From contig CAWHVC010000004.1 of NCBI GenBank assembly GCA_963832745.1, positions 160,001 to 224,000 on the forward strand: a DNA stretch of 64,000 nt, given 5' to 3'. Origin of the DNA: Candidatus Bathyarchaeota archaeon (GTDB lineage Archaea > Thermoproteota > Bathyarchaeia > Bathyarchaeales > Bathycorpusculaceae). Shown here in pieces: positions 26,593 through 36,926 of this stretch. Under the pieces are notes generated by a model. The model ran no database searches. It was not told where the DNA came from and saw only the letters and a program-made list of their open reading frames with translations. The translations under genes were made by a program, and so were the position numbers. How positions within the stretch are numbered: position 1 is the first letter of the stretch; each line of letters opens with the position of its first letter.

Positions 26593-29430
26593 TTAAGCTG
26601 CGGCTTTGTCAGGTACCTGTTTGGTTACGCCCTTTATTTCAGCTACATTTTTAATTGCAGGCGTTTGTATGACTTCTGTTTCAGGCGCGGAGGCTTTTTC
26701 TGGCGCTTTTTCAATTCTTGTGCATCGAATGTCAATATCTTCTTCTTTGAGGTTAAGTGCAGCTTTTATTGTGCCATCTTCAAGATAGTCAATGTTGAAA
26801 CCCATTTTTTTAGTTAAGCTCAAAGCGCGATAATTATCAGGCAACATAATTGCGTAAATGTTTTCAACACCTTTTTCTTTGGCAATGTCAAGTGTGTAAT
26901 CAACCATTTTTGTTCCTAAGCCTAAGCCTTGCCATTGGTCGCTTACAATGAAAGCCATTTCTCCGTGTTTGCCATCGGTTTCGATGCTGACGCGGCTTAC
27001 CCCTAGCATTTTTCTTTTGCCATCTTCCTCAATTTCTGCTACCAAAGCGATTTCACGGTCATAATCAATGTTGCAGTAACGGACTCGAACCTCGTGTGGC
27101 GTGTCTTTTAGCATTTGGAAGAAACGGTAGCGGATTGACTCTTCGGATAAGCTTTGGAACCATTCAAGCCACAGGGGTTCGTCTTCTGGTTTTATTGGTC
27201 TTAGTAGGACTTCTTGACCGTTTTTCAGGGTCCAAAGCAGTTCGTATTTTTTTGGGTACGGACTGATCACGATGTGCTCGTGCGGTTCATGTTTTTTGCA
27301 GACTTTCTCCTTGTCGACTAAGATTCTGGCGTCAAGGATGCAGGCCTCTTTCTCGCTAATCAACATTGGGTTAATGTCGATTTCTTTGATTTGCGGGAAA
27401 TCAACCAATAGCTGTGAGAACGTTAACAGGGTTTCTTCAAGTTTCTTTAGGTCAACTGGTGCTGAACCGCGGTAGCCTTTGAGCAGTTGATAAACTTTGG
27501 TTTCTTCAAGCATGCGGCGAATCAATGTAGAGTTTAATGGTGGAAGTCCAATTGAGTAGTCTTTGAATAGTTCAACTCCGACGCCGCCCATGCCGAACAG
27601 CACTGTGGGACCAAAGACTGGGTCTGTCTTTCCGCCGATAATAATTTCATAACCTTTCTTTTCAACCATAGGCTGAACTGTTACGCCTATGATGTGTGCA
27701 GTTGGGTCATGTGCTGTAGCTCTTTGAATTAGCAAGTCAAAAGCTTCGCGAACTTCCGTTTCAGAATGAATGTTTAATATGACTCCGCCGACGTCGCTTT
27801 TGTGTATGATTTGGGGCGAAAGTATCTTTAGCACTACGGGGAAACCCATTTGTTGAGCGTAAGCTACTGCCTCGTCAACCGTGTTTGCAACTTCGGTTCG
27901 GACAACTGGGAAATTATAGTATTTGAGAATCTTTTTTGCTTCATCTTCTGTTAGGACTTCGCGGTCTTCCATCGCAGCATTCTTGAGTATCACTCTGACT
28001 GGACGTTGTGGCGGTGTAGCATCTCCCGGATATTCTTCTGGCGTTTCATATAGAAGCTCAACGTTGCGTTGGTAATGGTACATGGTCATGTAAGTTTTAA
28101 CTGCCTGCTCAGGAGTTGAATAAGTTGGAATGTTGTTGGCGTTTAGAATGTTGTTTGCTTCAAGCACTGCGCCTGAACCCATAAACGAGGTAACAATAGT
28201 TTTGGTTTGGTACGTTTTGTTGTGAACCAGTTCAGCAATGCTTTTAGCTATTCCAACAGCGTCTGAAACTGCTTGCTGAGTAAACACTATTGCGATGCCA
28301 TCTACGTTGTCATCATTAAGGCAGGCTTCAAGTGCGACTTTATAGCGGTCTGACTTGGCATCTCCCAAAACATCAACTGGGTTGCCGTGGCTCCAGAAAG
28401 GCGGCAAAACCGCGTTAAGGCTATCAATCGTCTTCTTACTGAGTTGAGCCAGTTGACCGCCTTGGGCAATTAACGCGTCAGTAGTCATAACCCCGGGGCC
28501 TCCAGCGTTTGTGATAATTGCTAAACGTTTGCCTTTTGGAAGCGGTTGAGTGCCTAAAACTTCTGCAGCGTTAAACAAGTCAGCGATTTCATCAACCCTG
28601 ACTACGCCGGCACGTTTAAACGCGGCATCATAAATATCGTCGTGACCTGAAAGTGAGCCTGTGTGTGAAGCTGCAGCTTTTGCGCTTTCTGTAAATTTAC
28701 CTGATTTTACTACAACTATTGGTTTGGTTCTTGCGAAGTGACGGGCTGCACTCATGAATTTGCGGGCTTCAGTTATGCCTTCTACGTACATAAGAATGCT
28801 TTTTGTTTTAGGGTCACTACCAAAATAATCAATTAAATCCCCAAAATCCACGTCAAGCATGGAGCCGACGGAGACGAAGTTGCTAAAACCAATGTTTTCA
28901 CTTATAGCCCAGTCAAGGATTGCTGAGCCTAACGCGCCACTTTGAGAAAGGAAAGCGATTTTTCCCGCTTTTGGCATTTTATCCAAAAAAGTGGCGTTTA
29001 AACAGTTTCTTGGTCGTATTATTCCAATGCAGTTTGGTCCAATTACTCGGATTCTATATTTTTTTGCTACTTCAGCAACTTTATCTTCTAAAGCTTTGCC
29101 TTGGGGGCCAATTTCTTTAAAGCCAGCTGAAACAATGATTACTCCTTTAACGTGTGCTTTTCCGCATTCTTCCATGACGTCTGGCACGGTTTTTGCGGGG
29201 GTTGCAATCATTGCTAAATCGATTGGTTCCGGGATCTGGTCAACCGATGGGTAAGTTTTTATGCCTAAAATTTCAGGTTTTTTTATGTTAACAAAATATA
29301 CTTTGCCGGTATAGCCTTCTTGTGTAAAGTTTTTTACTATTGCATATCCAACTGAGCCTTCTGTGTCACTGGCGCCGATGATGGCTACGCTCTTAGGATT
29401 AAAAATCTTATCAAGATTTAATGTAACCAT
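26593..29430 (-). CDS. NDP-forming acyl-CoA ligase / GNAT acetyltransferase fusion (Pat/PatZ architecture)
   Basis: CoA-binding AIIGAS and GPNC; SHTGSL; ATP-grasp PVVLKILSPQIIHKSDVGGV; C-terminal GNAT WQGLGLG. Confidence 0.92.
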   Translation of the reverse strand: MVTLNLDKIFNPKSVAIIGASDTEGSVGYAIVKNFTQEGYTGKVYFVNIKKPEILGIKTYPSVDQIPEPIDLAMIATPAKTVPDVMEECGKAHVKGVIIVSAGFKEIGPQGKALEDKVAEVAKKYRIRVIGPNCIGIIRPRNCLNATFLDKMPKAGKIAFLSQSGALGSAILDWAISENIGFSNFVSVGSMLDVDFGDLIDYFGSDPKTKSILMYVEGITEARKFMSAARHFARTKPIVVVKSGKFTESAKAAASHTGSLSGHDDIYDAAFKRAGVVRVDEIADLFNAAEVLGTQPLPKGKRLAIITNAGGPGVMTTDALIAQGGQLAQLSKKTIDSLNAVLPPFWSHGNPVDVLGDAKSDRYKVALEACLNDDNVDGIAIVFTQQAVSDAVGIAKSIAELVHNKTYQTKTIVTSFMGSGAVLEANNILNANNIPTYSTPEQAVKTYMTMYHYQRNVELLYETPEEYPGDATPPQRPVRVILKNAAMEDREVLTEDEAKKILKYYNFPVVRTEVANTVDEAVAYAQQMGFPVVLKILSPQIIHKSDVGGVILNIHSETEVREAFDLLIQRATAHDPTAHIIGVTVQPMVEKKGYEIIIGGKTDPVFGPTVLFGMGGVGVELFKDYSIGLPPLNSTLIRRMLEETKVYQLLKGYRGSAPVDLKKLEETLLTFSQLLVDFPQIKEIDINPMLISEKEACILDARILVDKEKVCKKHEPHEHIVISPYPKKYELLWTLKNGQEVLLRPIKPEDEPLWLEWFQSLSEESIRYRFFQMLKDTPHEVRVRYCNIDYDREIALVAEIEEDGKRKMLGVSRVSIETDGKHGEMAFIVSDQWQGLGLGTKMVDYTLDIAKEKGVENIYAIMLPDNYRALSLTKKMGFNIDYLEDGTIKAALNLKEEDIDIRCTRIEKAPEKASAPETEVIQTPAIKNVAEIKGVTKQVPDKAAA

Positions 29431-29744
29431 TTAGACCCTCTGTCAAAGTTCGATGGTAACGAGCAAATTAAAGGTTATGTATCAAAACTTCACAGTTTTG
29501 AAATGAAATATTGAAAAAACCAAGAAAAAGTGTGCTTGCTAGTTCAAAAATGACGGGGAACAAGCACCCAATTTTAACTGGAAAAACAATTCAAAATGTA
29601 ACTGAAAAAAGTTCAAACTGTTACTAGCCCTATGTGGTTGTAGGGCAATTCATAGATGCTCTCTGCTGGAAACAGTGGGGAACTCTTATCTAATAGTCAC
29701 ATAACACAAGTGTAAATAGCTTCATTAACTGAGAGGGGCATGAA

Positions 29745-31064
29745 GTGGTTAACGGTAAATACTGGAACGAAAAAATCGAAACCCTGCCAAGCGAAGAAAT
29801 AAAAGAACTCCAGCTGCAAAAACTCAAAGAACAAGTAAAATACTGTTACACTAACAGCGTTTTTTATCACAAAAAATTTGACAGCGTCGGATTAAAACCC
29901 GAAGACATAAAATCTCTTGACGACCTTAAAAAAATTCCTTTCACCATAAAAGCTGACCTAAAAGAAAATTACCCCTACGGAATGGTAGCTGCCAAGCCAG
30001 ACGAAATCGTTGAAATTCACGCTTCAAGCGGAACAACCGGCAACCCAATCGTGGGCGCTTACACAAGAAACGATATGGATGTTTGGCAAGAACTAATGGC
30101 TCGCTCCATCTACACAGCCGGTGGACGCCCCCAAGACGTTATCCACATTGCCTATGGCTATGGCTTATTCACTGGCGGATTAGGCTTCCATTATGGCGCC
30201 CAAAAACTCGGTGTCCGCATAGTCCCTGCTAGTGGAGGCATGACACAGCGTCAAATCAAACTCATGAAAGACCTTGACGTGACAATACTCGCTTGCACCC
30301 CAAGCTTTGCAGTGTATCTTGCAGAAACCATGATTCAAGAAGGTGTTGTCCCACAAAAAGACCTCAAACTTAGACGAGGTATATTTGGCGCTGAACCTTG
30401 GTCCAACCAAATTAGGCAAAGAATCGAAAAAGAACTCGGCATAGAAGCTTTTGATATTTATGGGTTAACTGAACTTTGCGGTCCAGGTGTTTCAGTAGAA
30501 TGCCCTGAGCATGACGGCTTGCATGTTTGGGAAGACCAATTTATCATTGAAACCATCGACCCTGATACTGGCGAATCCGTGCCAGACGGGGAAGAAGGTG
30601 AATTAGTTTTCACTGCCTTAGGCAAAACTGGGTTGCCGATTCTCCGTTACCGTACGCGTGACATCTCAAAAATTACCCGCGAAAAATGTGTTTGCGGACG
30701 TACACATGCCAGAATGGAACGTGTCACTGGCAGGTCAGATGACATGTTAATTGTTCGAGGCGTAAACGTTTTCCCTTCACAAATTGAGTTCGCTGTAATG
30801 CAGTTCCCTGAATTGGCAACTCAATACTTAATTGTTCTTGACCGCCCTGGTGCACTTGATACTTTTCTGGTCAAAGTAGAATTAACAGAACAATCACACA
30901 AGAACACACAACTCGATGTTAACGTGCTTAAAAGTTGTATACAGCAAAGAATACACATAATCACTGGCCTATCTGCCGATATTGAAGTTGTTAAACCAAA
31001 TGAACTTCCAAGAACCGAGGGAAAAGCAAAAAGAGTACTAGACCTACGAAAAGGCAAAATGTAA
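29745..31064 (+). CDS. paaK: Phenylacetate--CoA ligase family
   Basis: HASSGTTGNP, YGYGLFTGGLG, GAEPWS, YGLTE, RYRTRD, GRSDDM motifs. Confidence 0.93.
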   Translation: MVNGKYWNEKIETLPSEEIKELQLQKLKEQVKYCYTNSVFYHKKFDSVGLKPEDIKSLDDLKKIPFTIKADLKENYPYGMVAAKPDEIVEIHASSGTTGNPIVGAYTRNDMDVWQELMARSIYTAGGRPQDVIHIAYGYGLFTGGLGFHYGAQKLGVRIVPASGGMTQRQIKLMKDLDVTILACTPSFAVYLAETMIQEGVVPQKDLKLRRGIFGAEPWSNQIRQRIEKELGIEAFDIYGLTELCGPGVSVECPEHDGLHVWEDQFIIETIDPDTGESVPDGEEGELVFTALGKTGLPILRYRTRDISKITREKCVCGRTHARMERVTGRSDDMLIVRGVNVFPSQIEFAVMQFPELATQYLIVLDRPGALDTFLVKVELTEQSHKNTQLDVNVLKSCIQQRIHIITGLSADIEVVKPNELPRTEGKAKRVLDLRKGKM

Positions 31065-31077
31065 AAGGATATCGCTT

Positions 31078-33270
31078 ATGACTTCAAAGATTGCAGTTGA
31101 TAAGCCGGGCAGCTTCGCCTTGCTTAACGGTGATGAAGCGGTTGCAAGAGGTGCAGTAGAAGCTGGCATTAAAGTTGCAGCCGCCTATCCTGGTACGCCG
31201 TCTACTGAAGTCTTGGAAACTCTCTCACAAGCTGCTAAAACTTTGGGTTTTTACGCTGAATGGAGCGTTAACGAAATAGTTTCTACCGAAGTGGCAGCTG
31301 GCGCATCCATGGCTGGAGCAAGAGCGCTTGTAGCCATGAAGCATGTTGGGTTAAATGTTGCTTCAGACGCCGTTATGACCCTTGCATACACGGGTGTTGA
31401 AGGAGGCTTAGTTATTGTGGTCTGTGACGACCCTGCTTTGCATAGCAGCCAAAACGAGCAGGACACCCGTTATTTCGCAGTGCATTCTAAACTGCCGTTG
31501 CTTGACGTTGGAAACCCTCAAGAAGCGTTGGATATGGCGCGTGAAGCTTTTCATATAAGCGAATATTTACATCTCCCAATTATTTTGCGTTTAACAACCC
31601 GAGTAGCCCATGGAAAAGCCAAAGTTCGGTTTGGCGACTTCCAAAAGCTCAAACGTAACATTGCCTTTGACAAGAACGGCTCCAAATGGGTAATGGTTCC
31701 CGCAAACGCTATCCGCCAACACCGCGTTTTAGAGGAACGGCTGGTTGAAGCAAAACTGGTTGCTGAAATTTCTCGTTTCAATAAAATAGAAGATAACAAC
31801 TCAGAAATCGGCATTATCGGTAGCGGAGTAGGCTATTATTATGCCCGCAGTGTACTTGATACAAAAAAGTTTTCATGGCTTAAACTTGGCTTTGTACATC
31901 CTTTCCCTTCTGAGCTTGTGAAAGAGTTTGCCGCAAAAGTCAAAAAAATCATAGTACTCGAAGAATTGCGTCCATATATTGAAGAAAACCTTCAACGCTT
32001 AAGACTTGATGTTACAGGAAAAACATTGCTTGGTCTTGGCGAAATCGGGGAATACACGCCTGATCGGGTGCGTGAAGCGTTTGCAAAGTTGGGTTTAACC
32101 GACAAAGCCCCGTCTCCAACTACTGTGGATTTGCCCCCAAGACCCCCAAATCTTTGCCCCGGCTGTACACACCGCGCCTTCTATTACGCCCTCAACTCAG
32201 TCAATCAACATGTTGCTTGTGACAACACCAAATGCGTCGGCTGCGGCATCTGCGAATACATCTGCTCCTTTGAAAAAGAACAGGCCTTCAATCCCCTTAA
32301 ATCAAGAATCCGTGCTATCCGCATTAACCAAATTAACAACACAGCAACAACCTGCAGAGCCTGCTTGGACGCTCCTTGCGTTGCTTCATGCCCCCATAAT
32401 GCGCTTTCTAAATCAGTGAAAACCGGCACAATCCTTGTTGATGAAACCAAATGTACAGGTTGTGGCTGGTGTATTGAATCATGCCAATACGGCGCCGTAA
32501 CTTTAGACCCAAGCAAAAGAAAAGCAATCATCTGCGACACCTGCCAAGGCGACCCAGCATGTGTAAAATACTGCCCCGAAAACGCCTTAACTTTGGTCGG
32601 CAAATCAAACGACAAAATCGTAACAGGTGACATTGGCTGCTATACCCTTGGTGTTTTGCCGCCGTTAAGCACAGTTCAAACCTGTTTATGTATGGGCGGC
32701 GGTATCTCGCAGGCTGCAGGGATGATTCATGCAGGCGTAAAAGACAAAGTCTTCGCTGTTCTTGGCGACTCCACGTTTTTCCACGCGGGCATGCCGGGAC
32801 TGCTAAACATCGCTTATAACAAGGCTAACGTCTGCGTTATCGTTTCAGATAATCATATAGTTGCAATGACAGGACATCAGCCGACGCCGGCTTCAGGAAA
32901 AACCGCTATGGGTGACGACGCCAAAATTGTAAGCATACAAGAAATCGCCAAAAGCGTCGGCATCGACAAAGTCATAACCGTTGACCCCTATGATGTTAAA
33001 GCCACAACAAAAGCTGTCCGAGAAATAATGACGTATGATGGCCCATCAGTAATTGTTTCCCAACGACCCTGCCCACTCCTAAGTGAACGTGGTGCACCCA
33101 GAGAAGTCACAGACAAATGTGGCGGCTGTGGCGTATGCACCACCAACTTTGGTTGCCCCGCAATCACCCAAAACGGTGACCGTGCAGAAATTGACCCAAC
33201 CCTATGCAACGGCTGTGGGGTATGCGAGTCAGTTTGTACTCATGAAGCTATACGGAGGAAGCCCCAGTGA
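31078..33270 (+). CDS. iorA: Indolepyruvate:ferredoxin oxidoreductase alpha subunit with inserted 4x[4Fe-4S] domain
   Basis: YPGTPSTE, MKHVGLNVA, SSQNEQD, CPGCTHR, GDIGCYTLG, GDSTFFH, AMTGHQP; C-terminal 2x[4Fe-4S]. Confidence 0.93.
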   Translation: MTSKIAVDKPGSFALLNGDEAVARGAVEAGIKVAAAYPGTPSTEVLETLSQAAKTLGFYAEWSVNEIVSTEVAAGASMAGARALVAMKHVGLNVASDAVMTLAYTGVEGGLVIVVCDDPALHSSQNEQDTRYFAVHSKLPLLDVGNPQEALDMAREAFHISEYLHLPIILRLTTRVAHGKAKVRFGDFQKLKRNIAFDKNGSKWVMVPANAIRQHRVLEERLVEAKLVAEISRFNKIEDNNSEIGIIGSGVGYYYARSVLDTKKFSWLKLGFVHPFPSELVKEFAAKVKKIIVLEELRPYIEENLQRLRLDVTGKTLLGLGEIGEYTPDRVREAFAKLGLTDKAPSPTTVDLPPRPPNLCPGCTHRAFYYALNSVNQHVACDNTKCVGCGICEYICSFEKEQAFNPLKSRIRAIRINQINNTATTCRACLDAPCVASCPHNALSKSVKTGTILVDETKCTGCGWCIESCQYGAVTLDPSKRKAIICDTCQGDPACVKYCPENALTLVGKSNDKIVTGDIGCYTLGVLPPLSTVQTCLCMGGGISQAAGMIHAGVKDKVFAVLGDSTFFHAGMPGLLNIAYNKANVCVIVSDNHIVAMTGHQPTPASGKTAMGDDAKIVSIQEIAKSVGIDKVITVDPYDVKATTKAVREIMTYDGPSVIVSQRPCPLLSERGAPREVTDKCGGCGVCTTNFGCPAITQNGDRAEIDPTLCNGCGVCESVCTHEAIRRKPQ

Positions 33271-33854
33271 AGCTTGATGTTGTCTTTACAGGAGTCGGCG
33301 GTCAAGGCGTAGTGGTTTTAAGTGACATTTTCTGTGAAGCAGCCATGCTTGACGGTTTCGACGTGGCTAAAGCAGAGATTCACGGCATGGCACAACGTGG
33401 CGGCTCAATTGTAGCTTTTGCACGGATAGCTGAAAAAGTTGAAACTCCTCTTATTGAAACTGGCCAGGCAGATGCAGTTGTGGGTTTTGAAATTCTTGAA
33501 ACCGCACGGTCGCTGCCTATGCTAAAACCAGCCGGTACAGTAATCGTAAACACCAAATACATTGCGCCCAGCAGCTTTTCTAAAACAGTAAAACCGAAAA
33601 CAGCACAGGAACTGCTTGACTTAATCAAAAGCCACGCTCAAATGGTTCATGAAGTAGACGGGTCAGGCATCGCAAAACAAGTGGGAAACAACTTGGTCGT
33701 GAACACCGTTTTGCTTGGCGCATTGTCAGCGTTGCCCACCATGCCGATTAAACGTGAATCCTTTGAAACTGCAATGGCAGGACGGCTAAAAGAAAAGTAT
33801 CTCCAAGTTAACCTGAAAGCTTTTGAACTGGGCAGACAAAGGGTATTGAAGTGA
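33267..33854 (+). CDS. iorB: Indolepyruvate oxidoreductase beta subunit
   Basis: GVGGQG, EIHGMAQRGGS, NTVLLGAL, NLKAFELG motifs. Confidence 0.94.
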   Translation: MKLDVVFTGVGGQGVVVLSDIFCEAAMLDGFDVAKAEIHGMAQRGGSIVAFARIAEKVETPLIETGQADAVVGFEILETARSLPMLKPAGTVIVNTKYIAPSSFSKTVKPKTAQELLDLIKSHAQMVHEVDGSGIAKQVGNNLVVNTVLLGALSALPTMPIKRESFETAMAGRLKEKYLQVNLKAFELGRQRVLK

Positions 33855-34228
33855 GCGTAATGAACGGTAAAGACCTCTTCGCTGAAACACTTGGCATCCA
33901 AATCATCGACGTTAAAGACGGCTACGCCAAAGTAGAAATGACCGTAAAGAAAACTCACACAAACGCTTTAGGCTTCACACATGGCGGCGCAATCTTTTCA
34001 CTTGCCGATTACGCTTTCGCAGAAGCTTGCAACTTTGGAGACAACATAGCGGTTGCGCTTCAGGTAAGCATCAATTTCTTGCGTCCAACTGTGGAAGGCG
34101 ATGTTTTGATTGCGGAGGCGTCAAGGGTTTCGGACGGTAAAACAACTGGCCTGTACAATGTAATTGTTAAGTGTGGAGAAAAAACGGTTGCTTTCTTTTC
34201 TGGTGTAGCATACAAAAAGTCTGCTTAG
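33851..34228 (+). CDS. paaI: PaaI-family hotdog thioesterase
   Basis: NALGFTHGGAIFSLADYAFA motif. Confidence 0.88.
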   Translation: MSVMNGKDLFAETLGIQIIDVKDGYAKVEMTVKKTHTNALGFTHGGAIFSLADYAFAEACNFGDNIAVALQVSINFLRPTVEGDVLIAEASRVSDGKTTGLYNVIVKCGEKTVAFFSGVAYKKSA

Positions 34229-34311
34229 CCGGCAAGCGGTTGCGTGTTTTACCCACAAAAGTAATTAAGCCGCCGCAAATATTTTTATTTAACTTATACG
34301 CAGTTTGCGAT

Positions 34312-34387
34312 GCTGGGGTGGCCGAATCGCTGAGGCGGTAGCCTGCAGAGCTGCTTTATATGGGTTCAATTCCCATCCCCAGCTCCA
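34312..34387 (+). tRNA. tRNA-Cys(GCA), CCA encoded
   Basis: Acceptor GCTGGGG/CCCCAGC; discriminator U; anticodon loop CT-GCA-GA; T arm ATGGG-TTCAATT-CCCAT. Confidence 0.92.
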
Positions 34388-34452
34388 ATCGTAAATTATT
34401 CTGAATAATCGATAAAACAAAAAGAAGAGACGTTGAATCTTCAAAATAAGAC

Positions 34453-34680
34453 TTAGCTTTGTCCAGTGACTTTTATGGCGTTTACAGGGCAAGACTCTTC
34501 GGCTTCTTGAGCATCCTCTACTTTGTCATCATCGAAACTTCCTTCAGATTTCCCATTGGTCGTTCCATTGATTACTTTCGATTTTCGGGTTTCATCAGGT
34601 TCAAAATGGGCTGGATCCACAAGGTAACAGGTTCCGCATGCAATGCATTTTTCTCTATCAACTTCAATTTTGTAATTCAA
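34453..34680 (-). CDS. Monocluster ferredoxin
   Basis: CIACGTC...CPVNAI. Confidence 0.9.
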   Translation of the reverse strand: MNYKIEVDREKCIACGTCYLVDPAHFEPDETRKSKVINGTTNGKSEGSFDDDKVEDAQEAEESCPVNAIKVTGQS

Positions 34681-34767
34681 CAGGCATTCCTACTATAGAT
34701 TGATATCTTGCTAACATGTAATTATAACTTACATAGCAAGGGTTCATTTAACTAAAAACTTAGGCAA

Positions 34768-35182
34768 ATGAATAACGTGCCAAGTGGTAATGTGAATAAA
34801 GATGAGCTTCCTTCAGCGCTTATCGATGCGAGAATTCAGGGAACTAGGCGACTGGCGTGGAGAAACGTTAGCCAAAGCGCGTCAACTTATAATGGAGGCA
34901 GACCCCACAGTAGTTGAAGAATGGAAGTGGGCAAAGTCAACAAACCCTGGGATTCCAGTTTGGTCCCATAACGGTGGCATTTGCACATGGGAGACTTACA
35001 AGAGCGTTGTCAAGCTCACTTTCTTCAAGGGTGCTTCGCTGGAGGACCCCTTCCACCTTTTCAATCAGCCGGGGACTGTTAGACGCGCCATCGACATCCA
35101 TGAAGGCGAGAAGATTGACGAGGAAGCCTTCAAGAATCTAATTCATGCCGCTGTGAAATTGAACACTTCCAAATCTCGCTGA
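34768..35182 (+). pseudogene. DUF1801 (YdhG-like) gene with an apparent +1 frameshift near 34836
   Basis: Frame from ATG 34768 reads ...PSALIDARI; the family continuation RELGDWRGETL...EEWKW is one base out of frame. Confidence 0.7.
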
Positions 35183-35214
35183 AACCTTTTTTCATCTATT
35201 TGATAAGCATTAAC

Positions 35215-36657
35215 CTAATGTTGTTCTTTTGACGTTTCTACTTTACTTGGGCTTGATTTAGCTCCTAAAATTGCAAAGGGAATTGCGAATATGTTGATTA
35301 TCATCATGGCAAAATAGGTTGATTGCAAACCGTTGAGAAATAGAAGTTTGTTTGCAGCAGAAATGGTAGCAGGGTTTGCGGTTCCGATTATGTTTGTTAT
35401 TATTTCGTAGGGAACGGTAAAAGACATGAAAAGTATTGCCAAATTTAAGCTCAAGGTTAAGCCGATATTGAACATCAAGACGAATACTGCTGAGCCTATT
35501 CCACGCCTGTTTGCTGGAAGAGAACCCATCACAGCTTTCATGTTAGGCGCTAAAAACAATCCTATGCCTACCCCAAAAAGTATCATGTAAATGGCATGCG
35601 CGATGTACGGTGTAGTTATGTTTGCGGTTGAAAACAAGTACAATGCTATTGTTGCCACTATTAAGCCCGAGAGAGTAAACCATTTATGACCATACTTGTC
35701 GGATAATCTGCCGCTTAATGGTCCAACTGCCAAAAATGCCACCTCAAAGGGCAGTATTCGTAAGCCTGCTGAAAGGGGTGATTCGTTGTTGATAAGCTGA
35801 AATTGCAGGCTTAAAAGCAGTAATACTGTTGCTAAAGTGATAATGTTAAAGAACCGAGCAAAAGACCCGCCTACGAACTCTTTTATTTTGAACAAATTTA
35901 AATCTACAAGCGGTTGCCTGGTTCGTCTTTCCCATAGGCCAAACAGGAGCAAGAAAACTCCAGAAACCGGCAATAAAACATAGACGATTTCTAACATGCT
36001 TGAGCCGTATGTTGCAAAAGTTAACCCCAACATTAAACTCAGCAGAAAGACAGTAAATAGTACAAAGCCAATCCAGTCTACTTTGGCATTTTTTTCGAGT
36101 TCACCAATTTCTTTGAGAGACCTATGAGCCCAGTAAGTACCAAAAATCCCTATGGGTATATTAATTAAAAATAGCGCCTGCCAAGCAAAAAAGGACAAAA
36201 TTAATCCGCTCAAAACTAAGCCCAGAATGGCTCCTGCTCTGAAAGAAATCTGGTTAATGCCCACTGCAAAGCCGAGTTGGTTTTTTGGGGTTGCGTCTGT
36301 CACTATAGTAAGGGCGTTTGCTAAAATCATTGATGCACCGAACCCTTCTACACCTCTGAAAATAATGACTTCTAAAGGAGTAGTGCCGGCAGCAATCAAC
36401 CCTGAGCCTATAGTGAATATGGCAAAGCCGTAAACAAAGAGTCTTACCCGCCCTATAATGTCTACTAACCTTCCGATTAACACTAGCATTATGGTAGTGG
36501 CTAAAACGTAGGATTGAGTAATCCAAATGGCTTGCACAGCGTTGGCATGTAACTGCTCAGCAACTTGAGGCAAACCCACAATAACTATTCGAAGATCGAT
36601 GCCCACCATCAAAACTCCGATGGTAGTTACCGTCAATGCGATCCATTTATACTGCAA
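35215..36657 (-). CDS. MFS transporter (14-TM DHA2-like)
   Basis: IVIVGLP, WITQSY, GRLVDIIGR, LFLINIPIG, GRLSDKYG motifs. Confidence 0.92.
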   Translation of the reverse strand: MQYKWIALTVTTIGVLMVGIDLRIVIVGLPQVAEQLHANAVQAIWITQSYVLATTIMLVLIGRLVDIIGRVRLFVYGFAIFTIGSGLIAAGTTPLEVIIFRGVEGFGASMILANALTIVTDATPKNQLGFAVGINQISFRAGAILGLVLSGLILSFFAWQALFLINIPIGIFGTYWAHRSLKEIGELEKNAKVDWIGFVLFTVFLLSLMLGLTFATYGSSMLEIVYVLLPVSGVFLLLFGLWERRTRQPLVDLNLFKIKEFVGGSFARFFNIITLATVLLLLSLQFQLINNESPLSAGLRILPFEVAFLAVGPLSGRLSDKYGHKWFTLSGLIVATIALYLFSTANITTPYIAHAIYMILFGVGIGLFLAPNMKAVMGSLPANRRGIGSAVFVLMFNIGLTLSLNLAILFMSFTVPYEIITNIIGTANPATISAANKLLFLNGLQSTYFAMMIINIFAIPFAILGAKSSPSKVETSKEQH

Positions 36658-36926
36658 CGCGTCAACTCCACGTCAAAAAAAGGATATCCAGTTTTTTGAT
36701 AATCCCAAAAGAAGATAATTGAGCGTGTTTATTTCTGTGTTTGCTTGGCTAATAAATTATGTTAAATAAAACGGTTTTCTGCAGTTACACTTAGGGGCAA
36801 AATGTTAATTTACTTTCCGTTCGACTGGCAATATTTCTGTATTTTAGAACGGTTTTAAGTATTATATAAGAGAAAAACAATAGATAGACCCTTGGTCTAG
36901 CAAGTTAGATAGCCTATAATTTATGG

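Noticed and set aside
34372-34387. attL/attR duplication of the tRNA-Cys 3' end marking an integrated element
   Set aside because: I saw no second copy and no integrase in the window by eye; an exact search is still advisable
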